NCBI GenBank assembly: GCA_963761335.1
Contig: CAVXGR010000018.1
Coordinates: 320,001-384,000, forward strand
Origin: an uncultured delta proteobacterium
GTDB lineage: Bacteria > Desulfobacterota > Binatia > HRBIN30 > BPIQ01
DNA length: 64,000 nucleotides
Reading direction: 5' to 3'
Below, piece by piece: positions 27,504 through 39,135 of the stretch. The position numbers and the translations under genes are program-made. The notes beneath the pieces are model-generated. The model did no database searches. It worked only from the letters and a program-made list of their open reading frames with translations, and was not told the DNA's origin. Each line of letters begins with the position of its first letter. Within the stretch, counting starts at the first letter, position 1.

Positions 27504-28283
27504 TCAGCCGATCATGGTGCCGATGTACCAGTGGATCAGCCGTTCGCCGAAGAAGAGGGCGATGACGGCGCCGGCGGCGAGGAACGGGCCGAAAGGGATG
27601 GCCAGCTTGCGGTCCTGGCGCAGGTAGACCATCAGGGAAATGCCGATGATCGAGCCGGTGAGAGAGCCGGCGAGAAGGACGATCGGCACTTGGCGCCAGC
27701 CGAGGAAGGCGCCGATCATCGCCAGCAGCTTGACGTCGCCGAAACCCATGCCCTCGATTCCGGTGATCCACTCGTAGGCGGTGGCGACGACGTAGAGGAT
27801 GCCGCCGCCCACCAGGATGCCGATCGCTGACTGCAGCGGCGACGGCGTGCCGTCGATGAAGAAGGTCGCCGTCAGGCCGACGCCGATCCCGGGGATGCTG
27901 ATGCTGTCGGGAATGATCTGATAGTCGATGTCGATGAAGGTGATCACCAGCAGGGCGGACACGAAGACGAAGTAGAGAAGCAGCGCCGGCTGCAGGCCGA
28001 AGCGGAGAAAGGTTGCCACGGCCAGGAGCCCGGTGAGCAGCTCCACCGCGGGATAGCGCATCGAGATGGGCGCCTGGCACTGATGGCAGCGGCCGCGCAA
28101 CAGGAGGTAGCTGAGGATCGGGATGTTGTCGATCGGGCGGATGGGGGTCTGGCAGTTGGGGCAGCTCGACGGCGGGCTCACCACCGAGAGCCCCTTCGGC
28201 AGCCGATAGATGCAGACGTTCAGAAAGCTGCCGATCACCGCGCCCACGCCGAACGCGAAGAGCTCCAGAATCACGCTGTCCAT
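27504..28283 (-). CDS. pilD: Prepilin peptidase/N-methyltransferase
   Basis: GSFLNVCIYRLP, two CxxC, IDID, GMGFGDVKL, IPFGPFL. Confidence 0.96.
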   Translation of the reverse strand: MDSVILELFAFGVGAVIGSFLNVCIYRLPKGLSVVSPPSSCPNCQTPIRPIDNIPILSYLLLRGRCHQCQAPISMRYPAVELLTGLLAVATFLRFGLQPALLLYFVFVSALLVITFIDIDYQIIPDSISIPGIGVGLTATFFIDGTPSPLQSAIGILVGGGILYVVATAYEWITGIEGMGFGDVKLLAMIGAFLGWRQVPIVLLAGSLTGSIIGISLMVYLRQDRKLAIPFGPFLAAGAVIALFFGERLIHWYIGTMIG

Positions 28284-29246
28284 TCAGCGGACCCGCTTGA
28301 GCAACCACAGGCTGATGACGCCGGTGATCAGGTCGGCCACGGTCAGCCACACGCGCTGAACCAGGGCAATGGTCACGGCCACCGAAGAGGGCACGAAGAA
28401 GGAGAGCAGATACGCCTGGACCCCGTCGCGGATGCCGAGGCCGCTGGGGGAGACGATGGCCACGAAGCCGATCAGCCAGGAGATGGTGTAGATGCCGGTG
28501 AAGATGACGACGTCCCGGAGAGTGGAAGGATAGAACGCCTGGAGCAGGTAATAATAGCCGATGGCGAAGGGGATGCAGCTCAGCAGAAAGTATCCCAGCG
28601 AGACGATCAGGGCCCGTCGCGTGAAGCGCGGCGGGGCGGTGTCCTCGTGATAGATGCGGTCGGCGAGAAAGCCGAGCACTCGCTTCGGCAGCGGGCTCAG
28701 CAGGATGACGCCGGCAAGCAGCCACGAGGCGACCGCCACCAGCGGGTACTCGATGCCGCCGCCGGGCCAGAGAAGCAGGGTGGCGCCGAAGATGAGGATG
28801 CTGCCGCCGCAGATGACCGCCTGCTGCAAGAGAATGGTGAACAGGGTCGTGCGCGCCGAGAGATCGAAGCGGCGGCCGTAGTGGGCCATGCCGACATACG
28901 CCCATACCGACCCCGGCAGGTACTTGGTGAGGGCGCTGACGAAGTAGACGGCGAAGGCATTGCGAAAGGAGAGGCGGTGGCGGAAGTCGACGAGAATGCG
29001 CTTCCACATGATCGGGGAGATCGCCAGACACGTCACCAGAGCCGCCATCGACACCACCATCTGCGGCGCCGAGAAATGGAAGGACAGGTCCTTGAGATCC
29101 TCACTCGACTTCAGCAGAGCCCGGCCGAGGAAGACGGCACCGCCCAGCATGACCAGCAGCCCGGCGATCGACCGCCAGGGCGACGGCCGCAGCGTCAGCT
29201 GCGTCTCCTCGGCCGCGGTGGTGTCTTCGTTCTGCGGGATGGCCAT
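28284..29246 (-). CDS. Lysylphosphatidylglycerol-synthase-TM/UPF0104 flippase-like membrane protein
   Basis: KYLPGSVW, PSGLGIRDG, RVWLT..DL; about 8 TM; start uncertain. Confidence 0.78.
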   Translation of the reverse strand: MAIPQNEDTTAAEETQLTLRPSPWRSIAGLLVMLGGAVFLGRALLKSSEDLKDLSFHFSAPQMVVSMAALVTCLAISPIMWKRILVDFRHRLSFRNAFAVYFVSALTKYLPGSVWAYVGMAHYGRRFDLSARTTLFTILLQQAVICGGSILIFGATLLLWPGGGIEYPLVAVASWLLAGVILLSPLPKRVLGFLADRIYHEDTAPPRFTRRALIVSLGYFLLSCIPFAIGYYYLLQAFYPSTLRDVVIFTGIYTISWLIGFVAIVSPSGLGIRDGVQAYLLSFFVPSSVAVTIALVQRVWLTVADLITGVISLWLLKRVR

Positions 29247-29351
29247 GAACAGGAGGTTCAGATGGGTTCGTTCCGTCGCCAGCGAATGGATGGCAGCTGC
29301 GGGTAAGCCGGTACTAGAGAGCCGGCGGAACGGAGTCAAGAGATCGGCGGC

Positions 29352-30797
29352 TCAGGGGGCGTTCTGCTGCGCCAGGCGCAGCCCCGGGCGGGCGAGAAGA
29401 GCGTCGTGCCCATCGGTCAGCTGGACCTGATATCCCCCGTCGCGGATGAGGCGCTGCACGAACTCGCGGGCCTGCTGGCTGGCGTAGATGTCGGGGACGT
29501 CGAGAATCCAGTCGGGCGGTGCCGTCTCCTGGTCGAGCGCCGCTTGCTCGGCGATCACCAGCGAATCGTGCTCGCCGCCGCTCTGCAGCTTCCAGGACAG
29601 GTAGGGCAGAAAGGCGAGCGGGGTGAGAATGCTCGGCTGGCCGTTCAGGTGCATCTGCAGCATCTCGCCGGAGGAGCTCGCAAACGACATCCCTTTCTCG
29701 AACGGCTCGGCGAACTCGCTGCGGTAGCGCGCCTGGCGCACCAGGTAATCGTTGGCGACGAAGAAAAGCATCATGCCGCACACGGCGAGCTCGGCCCACC
29801 GCGGCGTGAGGCGCCGCCCGAGATAGAAGATCGCGTACATCAGGAAGCCGAGGAACCAGACCTCGAGCGCCCAGTAGAATCGGAAGAACGGCATGTAGCG
29901 AGACGGAATGCTGAGCAGCACGTATCCGAGGAGGAAGAGAATGGGCATGAGAAACAGCGGGCTCGTCAAGCGGCGGCGGTCGGCGGCGATCCAAATGGTG
30001 AGGCCGGCGAACCCGAGGGGGGCGGTGGTCACGAATACGTTCTTCACCAGCTGGGACCAGACGACGAAGTGCATCACATCGCCGGGGCCGACGGTGAAGC
30101 CATCGCGCATCGCCGCAAAAGCGGCCAGGAAGCGCTCCGATGCGAAGGCCCCGCCCAGAAGGGCGCGATTGGCCAGCAAGGTGAGCGGAATTGCCAGCCC
30201 CGGCAGCAGCGCACACGCCCACGCCTTGCGGCTGCGCGGCTCGGCGGCGATGAAATACAGGGCGCAGGGAAGGGTGACCGGCTTGATCAGCGCCGACAGC
30301 AGCAGCGCCACGGAGGCCGCCAACGACCTGTGGTGCATGGCCAGGTAGATCGCCGCGAACAGCAACAGCGCGATGTACATGTCGGCGCTGGACTTCAAGG
30401 TCAGGACGGTCTTCGACGGATCCAACAGCATGAAAGCCGAGGTGAGCAGGCCGACGGTCCGATCGAAGGCGTCGCGCGCCACCAGGTAGACCAGAACTCC
30501 GAGCACCGCCGAGGCGACCGCGGAGCAGAGGAATGCCAGGTGCACGTCGTTCAACGGCCCGATGCCGAACACCAGCAACGGCTTCGGATGGGTGAAGTAG
30601 CTGACGCCGTAAAGTGACGGATCGTTGTTCCACCAGTTCCGGAAGTACACGAAATAGGCGACCAGATCGGTGTCGAACAGATTGCCGGGATAGAGGCGGG
30701 CGAAGATGAGCGCGTGCGCCAGGTGTGCGGCGAAGAGGGGCAGTGTCCACCAGTCCATCGGCCGTTTGTCGCGAACGAGCGGATGCTCCATTGGCAT
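29352..30797 (-). CDS. Multi-pass membrane protein, GT-C (PMT/ArnT-like) glycosyltransferase candidate
   Basis: First-loop DTD, HPKP, about 11 TM, L.K motif, soluble C-tail; start may be 30791 or 30758. Confidence 0.6.
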   Translation of the reverse strand: MPMEHPLVRDKRPMDWWTLPLFAAHLAHALIFARLYPGNLFDTDLVAYFVYFRNWWNNDPSLYGVSYFTHPKPLLVFGIGPLNDVHLAFLCSAVASAVLGVLVYLVARDAFDRTVGLLTSAFMLLDPSKTVLTLKSSADMYIALLLFAAIYLAMHHRSLAASVALLLSALIKPVTLPCALYFIAAEPRSRKAWACALLPGLAIPLTLLANRALLGGAFASERFLAAFAAMRDGFTVGPGDVMHFVVWSQLVKNVFVTTAPLGFAGLTIWIAADRRRLTSPLFLMPILFLLGYVLLSIPSRYMPFFRFYWALEVWFLGFLMYAIFYLGRRLTPRWAELAVCGMMLFFVANDYLVRQARYRSEFAEPFEKGMSFASSSGEMLQMHLNGQPSILTPLAFLPYLSWKLQSGGEHDSLVIAEQAALDQETAPPDWILDVPDIYASQQAREFVQRLIRDGGYQVQLTDGHDALLARPGLRLAQQNAP

Positions 30798-30804
30798 TAT
30801 CCTA

Positions 30805-30820
30805 AGCAGTCCGCGTGCCA
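30805..30820 (-). promoter_or_regulatory. Sigma54 -24/-12 promoter candidate
   Basis: Minus strand TGGCAC-GCGGA-CTGCT (GG-N10-GC). Confidence 0.65.
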
Positions 30821-31000
30821 GGTGAGGTGTGCCACTTCCTCAACGCCGGGCGTCCGGCGAGGGCCGCGAATGGACGACAGGCCATCGACGATTTGTGATT
30901 CTCGTCGACGCGGCGCGGTTCCGATGGGGCAGAGGGTGCCGTGGCTGGCACGGCCGCCGCGCTTTGCTCGCTTTCCTCACGGAGCGGATGGGGCGGTGGT

Positions 31001-32644
31001 TCACGGCTGTTGTTCGTCGCTCCGCGCTTTCCAGAGAACGAGCCAACGGCCGCGATAGACGACCGTGTAATCGTCGCGCAACGCGGTGGTGATCACCTCG
31101 GGAAGCAGCGCCAAGCCGTGGTATTTTTCGGCACTCTCGAGCTTGCGGTTGCTGATCACCAGATCGTAGTCTCGCCGTCGCAGTCGCGCCACCTCGGGCG
31201 CGAAGTCCACGATTCCGTGCGCTGCCAGCCGAGTGGCATGGTAGGGGTCGGTGAATGGGAACGCCAGCCTGCGCGATTGACAGTAGAAAGTGTCGAGGCA
31301 GAGGATCTTTGAGGGAGAGTTCGCCGTCGCGGCGTCGGCGACGCGTAGCTCCTGGGAGGTGGGCGGCACCGATTCCCAGAAGATGACGCGCGATTTCCAG
31401 GGCCCTATGGCGAGCAGGATGACGATTGGAGAGAGTAGCCAAGCCGACCGAGCGCGAATGGGCGAAGCCGGCGAAGAGAGGCCCTGTACCTCGAGTTTGC
31501 CGAAGGTCACACTCGCGGCGATTCCCCAGACGATGATCGAATCGAGTAAGTAGTTGATGTTACTTCCCTCTTTCGTCATGAAGAGCAGATCGAGGCCGAG
31601 TGTCGCGAACAGGGTGAGTCTCAGGGCGGAGACGCGGAAGAGCAGTAGGCCGACGATGGATATCCACAGGAGAAGCAACTGCCCCTCCGGTTGCAGGAGG
31701 CCCAAGTCCGCAAGACTATATTGGAAATTGTATCCAAGGCTCTGTTCGGACCCGATCAGGTTCAGCTGCCACAGGCCACCGGTGGCGTGATTGAGTGCCG
31801 CGGCGGAGAGGACATCCAGGGCGATGCAGCCGCCCCCAACGGCTGCGAGGACGGCCGCGGCTCGGCCCCACGGGGGCCGTGAAGTTGCTCGACGGTTGAC
31901 GATCGCAAACACGAGAATCTCTGCCGCGAACCCGATCTGCCCAACGAGAATGTTGGGTTTGAAATGGAACCCCAGCACCCACAACCCCAGCGCCGCGGCG
32001 CCGCGCGTGAGGCTTCGCCGGCGGATGGGTTGGGTGAGCCATTGCTCCGGCCTTCCGAGGATCCACCAGCCGGCGAGGCTCAACAGCAGGGCGGGTGCAT
32101 CGGGAGCGAACTTCGCCATCCATTCCAACGGATAGGGGAACCAGAGCAGCGGCAATCCCGCAAGGCAACTGAAGCGCGGTGACGCTCCAAATCGACTCGC
32201 CAACAGGGCTGTGATCAGGATGATGCCGATTGCGGACAGCAACGAGAGTCCCCGGCCGAGACGTGCGATGTCGGTCGCGTCTGTCGTTGAGGCGAGGCGC
32301 GCGACCCATCCGGGTACGGCGTACTCCAAGCTGCCATAGGTCAGGGGAGTGATGGGCCGGCCGGTGCGGTAGTCGCGGTAGAGGGCTTCACCACGGGACA
32401 CGCGCAACGCCCCTTCAATCAGTTGCGGTTCAACGCTTGAGTTCGTGTACGGATTGAGTACCCGAACGGGCATCAACCAGAGCGCCTGCGCGAGGTAGTA
32501 CAAGGTGATTGCAGCTAGCGCTATCCACACGGCGTGCTGCGCTGCTGACGCTGTCCCGAGCTGCTTCCGGCGCGTTTGGTCGGTTCTTGCCCTGCGCAGC
32601 GCCACCGGCTCGTTCACGGGGCGAGATGGATAGAGGGTTTCCAT
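31001..32644 (-). CDS. Multi-pass membrane protein, GT-C-like glycosyltransferase candidate; atypical composition
   Basis: First-loop E, LYRD....P..PLTYG, GR.LSL, PD, FK motifs; more A/T-ending codons than neighbours. Confidence 0.6.
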   Translation of the reverse strand: METLYPSRPVNEPVALRRARTDQTRRKQLGTASAAQHAVWIALAAITLYYLAQALWLMPVRVLNPYTNSSVEPQLIEGALRVSRGEALYRDYRTGRPITPLTYGSLEYAVPGWVARLASTTDATDIARLGRGLSLLSAIGIILITALLASRFGASPRFSCLAGLPLLWFPYPLEWMAKFAPDAPALLLSLAGWWILGRPEQWLTQPIRRRSLTRGAAALGLWVLGFHFKPNILVGQIGFAAEILVFAIVNRRATSRPPWGRAAAVLAAVGGGCIALDVLSAAALNHATGGLWQLNLIGSEQSLGYNFQYSLADLGLLQPEGQLLLLWISIVGLLLFRVSALRLTLFATLGLDLLFMTKEGSNINYLLDSIIVWGIAASVTFGKLEVQGLSSPASPIRARSAWLLSPIVILLAIGPWKSRVIFWESVPPTSQELRVADAATANSPSKILCLDTFYCQSRRLAFPFTDPYHATRLAAHGIVDFAPEVARLRRRDYDLVISNRKLESAEKYHGLALLPEVITTALRDDYTVVYRGRWLVLWKARSDEQQP

Positions 32645-32661
32645 TGCTGCTCGGTCTCTCC

Positions 32662-33429
32662 TCAGGTGAACTCTCGCCGATTCAGAAAAACCAGGCTGAG
32701 CAGTAGCACCAGGCCCGCGTAGGCGGCGGCGTAGAGGAGGAGATTGGCGAAATACCAGAGCGAGAAGCTCTGGTGATAGACGACCTGATCGGAGATCCAG
32801 TAGCGGTCCAGGTGCGGCAGGAGCATGTAGAGCCCCGACATCAGCCGGCGGATCAGAGGCGGATGCTCCGGGGTCATGAAGTAGCTCAGGTAGGAGGAGG
32901 AGCGTCCGGCGATGAAGGTGGCGACGGTGAATAACCCGGCGAGCGCCGGGGTGACCACCACCGACGAGAACAGCAGGGCCACGGCCAGCAGCAGCGACAG
33001 CTCCAGCAAAATGGCGCCGGTCGCCCAGAGAAGATTCCAGTCGAAGCTGCCCTCGACCAATCGCAGGAAGATCAGCAGGGCGGCGCTCATGACGCCCACC
33101 AGCAGGGCCAGCGTCAGGAAGAGGCCGAGGTATTTGCCGAGGAGGAACTGCCAGCGGGCCACCGGCTTGGAGAGAATGTTGAAGATGGTCTTCCGCCCGA
33201 TCTCCTTCTGAAGGAGGTTGACGCCGAGGACGACGGTGATCACTACCCCGAACAGCGAGATGGCGAGCAGGCTGAAGTCCTTGATGAACTTCATCTCGTC
33301 GCCGATCGATGCGGCTCCGAAGACGGCGGAGACGCCCACCATGAGGAATGCGAAGAAGAGGCTCGAGTAGAGCACCTTGTTGCGGATGGCTTCGCGAGCC
33401 GTGTTTCGCGCGATTGCCCAGACGATCAC
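32662..33429 (-). CDS. pilI: ABC-2 permease, Myxococcus PilI-like
   Basis: IARNT.REAIRNK, EI.RKTI..ILSKPV.R.QFLLGKY.G, F.RREF; position in pil cluster. Confidence 0.8.
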   Translation of the reverse strand: MIVWAIARNTAREAIRNKVLYSSLFFAFLMVGVSAVFGAASIGDEMKFIKDFSLLAISLFGVVITVVLGVNLLQKEIGRKTIFNILSKPVARWQFLLGKYLGLFLTLALLVGVMSAALLIFLRLVEGSFDWNLLWATGAILLELSLLLAVALLFSSVVVTPALAGLFTVATFIAGRSSSYLSYFMTPEHPPLIRRLMSGLYMLLPHLDRYWISDQVVYHQSFSLWYFANLLLYAAAYAGLVLLLSLVFLNRREFT

Positions 33430-33450
33430 CGGATCACCTCCTCCTCAGAT

Positions 33451-34389
33451 TCAGTCGGCCGCATGGTCTCCCTGAAGGAATGAGATGAAGCGATCTTCCA
33501 GGGAGAGCTTGGTCGGTACCAGCGACTCGACGAACCCTCCGCGCTCCTGCGCGGCGCGCAGAATCGCAGCGACCTGATCCCGGCTGCTCGCCTGCACCGT
33601 CCACATTGCCGGCCCGCCGCCCGCCGGTTGACCGCAGATCGCCTCGATCGCCGAGACCCCGTGAGGCTCGAGACCGCTCACGGCAATGGTGAAGCCGTTT
33701 CCCCGGCGCTGCACGTCGGTCAGGTCAACGAGCTCCCGCAGCTTTCCATTGAGGATCATGCCGACGCGGTCGCACAGCGCCTCCGCATCGGGAAGAATGT
33801 GGGACGAGAAGATCACCGTGGAGCCCTCGTCCTTGAGCGAGCGGATGAGCTCGCGCATCTCTCTGCGACCGGCGGGATCGAGCCCCGACATCGGCTCGTC
33901 GAGGATGACCAGCCGGGGCCGGTGCAGAATCGCCTGGGCGATGCCGACGCGCTGCAGAGTTCCCTTCGACAGCGAGCGTACCGGGGCGCGGAGCTTCGGC
34001 CCCAGATGCAGCCGCTCGACCAGAGCCGCGATTCGCCGTCGCTTCTCGCCGGCATCGAGGCGGCAGAGGTCGGCGTAGAAGTCGAGGATCTCGCCCACCG
34101 ACAGATAATCGTAGAAGTAGGGATGCTCGGGCAGAAAGCCGATCTGCCGGCGCGCCCAGGCGCTGTAGCTCGGCTGTCCCAGGAGTCGCACCTCTCCGCG
34201 CGAGGCGCGCAGCAGACCCAGAATCAGCTTGAACGTCGTCGTCTTGCCGGCCCCGTTGCGCCCGATCAGCCCGAAGATCTCCCCCTCGCGCAGGCTCACC
34301 GTCAGGCCGTCGAGGGCGCAGAAGGGGCGGAACGTCCACTGGTGACGGAAGTACTTGGTCAGGTCTTGCACCTCGAGGAGGTTGCCCAT
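33451..34389 (-). CDS. pilH: ABC ATPase, Myxococcus PilH-like
   Basis: GRNGAGKTT, GFLPEHPYFYDYL, LSKG..QR, LDEPMSGLDP. Confidence 0.82.
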   Translation of the reverse strand: MGNLLEVQDLTKYFRHQWTFRPFCALDGLTVSLREGEIFGLIGRNGAGKTTTFKLILGLLRASRGEVRLLGQPSYSAWARRQIGFLPEHPYFYDYLSVGEILDFYADLCRLDAGEKRRRIAALVERLHLGPKLRAPVRSLSKGTLQRVGIAQAILHRPRLVILDEPMSGLDPAGRREMRELIRSLKDEGSTVIFSSHILPDAEALCDRVGMILNGKLRELVDLTDVQRRGNGFTIAVSGLEPHGVSAIEAICGQPAGGGPAMWTVQASSRDQVAAILRAAQERGGFVESLVPTKLSLEDRFISFLQGDHAAD

Positions 34390-34392
34390 GTC

Positions 34393-35376
34393 TCAGTCTC
34401 CCCGTTCGTGTCCGAGAATTTCCTTGCGTGTTTCGCTCTGGTACAGCCGCACCGGGTTGTGTCCGCTCGAGGAGGTCACGGCGCCGCTCTGCGGATCGTA
34501 CTGGTAGGCGCCGCCAAAGGGCTCGCGCGGGATTTCACTCAGAAATCCGGCGGCGACCAGAGCGCTCAGGTCGCTGGGGCGGTGGCCGAACTTCTCCGTG
34601 TAGCTCTTCATGGCGCCCTGCAGCTGCTCGAGCTGGTCGGTGAGATCCAGCTGCTTCAGGTGCTCGCGGATCACGGGCCGCAGCCCGGCCCCTTCCGGCG
34701 TATTCATGAGGTTCTCGAGGAAGGCGCGGGCTGTCTTGGTACCGTACTCCGTGGCGTAGAGGATCGTGGCAAAACGGGTGACGAAGGGGGGCGCGCCCGG
34801 CAGCTCGCTGGCGCGCCGCACGTGCTGGATGGCCCGCTGCAAATCCTGCTTGAAGTAGTAGTAGTTGAAGCCGAGAAAGAAGTGCAGCTGCCAGGAGTCC
34901 GGAAAGACGCGCACCCCCTTCTCCAGAAGGGCGATACCGTCGTCCGGCCGCTGCGCTTCCCAGGGAAGAATCACCCCGGCAAAGCGATAGACGTGCATGG
35001 CGCGCGGGTCGAGGTCGGTGACGATTTCGCACATGCGTGCCAGCCAGGGGTACAGATGGTCGCTGTGGTAGTGCTCGCCAAAATAGTTGATGGTGCGAAA
35101 CCAGAGGAAGTCGGCGACGGCGTTCTGGTAGCGCAGGGAGGCCAGACGGAGGAAGTGGATATTGGGCAGATAGACCGGAGCCGCCGCGACCCGCGCCGCG
35201 GCAGGTGTCGCGGTCTGCCGCGAAGCGAAGCTGGCCAGACCGAGTAGCGAGATTACCAGTACCAGAGTCGCTCCCGCACGTGCGAGCCGCTGCAGCCGTG
35301 TCGGCGGCTTCCCCGCCTCGAGTCCGGCCACCTGGGACTTGGAGCGTGAAAACGGTTGTGTCGCTATGCTCTCCAT
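34393..35376 (-). CDS. pilG: TPR-like membrane-anchored protein, Myxococcus PilG / Geobacter XapA-like
   Basis: One TM, AD.LW.R..Y.G, LDP, LEKG....P..W; C-terminal GspG-like segment; synteny with pilH/pilI. Confidence 0.7.
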   Translation of the reverse strand: MESIATQPFSRSKSQVAGLEAGKPPTRLQRLARAGATLVLVISLLGLASFASRQTATPAAARVAAAPVYLPNIHFLRLASLRYQNAVADFLWFRTINYFGEHYHSDHLYPWLARMCEIVTDLDPRAMHVYRFAGVILPWEAQRPDDGIALLEKGVRVFPDSWQLHFFLGFNYYYFKQDLQRAIQHVRRASELPGAPPFVTRFATILYATEYGTKTARAFLENLMNTPEGAGLRPVIREHLKQLDLTDQLEQLQGAMKSYTEKFGHRPSDLSALVAAGFLSEIPREPFGGAYQYDPQSGAVTSSSGHNPVRLYQSETRKEILGHERGD

Positions 35377-35393
35377 CGCTCCCCAAGTGGAAA

Positions 35394-35409
35394 AGCAAGG
35401 GCGATGCCA
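35394..35409 (-). promoter_or_regulatory. Sigma54 -24/-12 promoter
   Basis: Minus strand TGGCAT-CGCCC-TTGCT, 17 nt upstream of the pilG ATG. Confidence 0.8.
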
Positions 35410-35514
35410 TGCCGACAGCAGTTTCGCTTCACATGCGAGTCGGCAGGGGCGGACGGGTCGGCAGACGATGCACCGTCGAATTCGTACGGCCGTGTGTCCG
35501 CCGTTGGCACCGCC

Positions 35515-37613
<2,099 letters not shown>

Positions 37614-37614
<1 letters not shown>

Positions 37615-38834
37615 CAGTTGATCACGGACCCCAGCTTGAAGATCGGCAGATACATGGAGATCACCAGTCCACCGATGACCACGCCGAGGAAGAGGATCAC
37701 CAGAGGCTCCATCAGCGACGTCAGGTTGTTGACGGCGTTGTCGACCTCGTCCTCGTAAAAGTCGGCGATCTTCTGCAGCATGGCGTCGAGGGCGCCGGTC
37801 GCCTCGCCGACACCGATCATCTGACAGACCATCGACGGGAAGACCTTGGAGGCAATCAGCGGCTCGGTGATCGTCTTACCCTCGCTGATGCTGACGCGTG
37901 TCGCCATCACGGCGCGCTCGACGATCTTGTTGCCCGAGGTGCGCGCGGTGATCGCCAGGGCGTCGAGAATGGGAACGCCGGAGGAGACCAGCGTGCCGAG
38001 CGTGCGCGTGAAGCGCGCCACCGATCCCTTGCGGATCAGGTCGCCGAAGATCGGCATCTCGAGGAGGAGCTTGTCGATCACCAGTCGCCCCGGCTCGGTG
38101 TGGTAGGAGTGCCGAATGAAGACGCCGGTGGCGATGACGACGGCGAGCATGTAGTGGAAGTAGGCGATGGTGAAGTTGCTCATGTTGATGACGAACTGCG
38201 TCGGCGCCGGCAGTGCCTGCCCGAAGCTGCCGAAGAGCTCGGCGAACACCGGGATGACGTAGACCAGCAGCACGGCGGTGACGCCCACGGCCACGGTGAT
38301 GATCGTGCAGGGGTAGATCATTGCGCCCTTGATCTTGCTCTTCAGCTTCATCGCCTTCTCCATGTAGGTCGAGAGGCGATGCAGGATGGTGTCGAGGATG
38401 CCCGCCGCCTCGCCGGCGGCCACCATGTTGACGAAGAGATCGTCGAATAGCCGGGGGTGCTTCTTCAGAGCGTCGGTGAAGGTCGACCCGGATTCCACCT
38501 CGTCCTTGATCTGGGCGATGATCTTGCGAAATGCCTTGTTGTCGGTCTGTGCCGCGAGGATGTCGAGGCACTGCACGATCGGCAGACCGGCGTCGATCAT
38601 GGTCGCCAGCTGGCGCGTGAAGATGACGATGTCGTGCGAGTTGACGCCGACGCCGAAGCCCGGGATGGTGATCTCGCGCTCCAGACCTTTGCCCTTCTGG
38701 CGGACCTTGGACGCATTTGGCTGAATGCGCTGCGAGCGCAATCGCAGGAGCACGGCGTCGCGACTGGGCGCCTCCATCTCGCCGGTGATGGCTTCTCCCC
38801 GTGGCGATACCCCCTCCCATCGGAAATGTGGCAT
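37614..38834 (-). CDS. pilC: Type IV pilus platform protein
   Basis: FTRQLATMIDAGLP, AGE.AG.LD, AMIYP, EP...SMYLPIF; GGAGG RBS before ATG 38834. Confidence 0.95.
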
Positions 38835-38915
38835 TTTTTTGACCTCCGTGCGGACTATGCTGTGCAAGGAACGACAAGCATTTCAGCGTTGCTGGACCTT
38901 TCGGGGGCCGAAAGC

Positions 38916-38931
38916 TGCACGTCGTATGCCA
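38916..38931 (-). promoter_or_regulatory. Sigma54 -24/-12 promoter candidate upstream of pilC
   Basis: Minus strand TGGCAT-ACGAC-GTGCA (GG-N10-GC). Confidence 0.65.
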
Positions 38932-39135
38932 GCAGCTCGGTGAGCGTCGTGTACGCCGGCGAGGCGCGAGAATCGACCGGCGCCGGGTGAAGCGGTGAAG
39001 GAGCGTCGGCGCTGTACGAAAGCGTCGGTCGACGGATCACCGCCGATCCACCGGCGGCGTACGGTCGCGTGTGTCGTCGAAGCTTCACGAGCTTCCCTCC
39101 CTGGAAGCGAAAGAAGAGAGTCGCCGCCGGCCCGC

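Noticed and set aside
38855..39088. 77-codon GTG ORF between pilB and pilC containing TELLAY-DVQLSA, faintly like a PilT N-terminus
   Set aside because: Match is too short, there are no ATPase motifs, and it overlaps the sigma54 motif; likely chance, though a translated search could test for a pilT remnant
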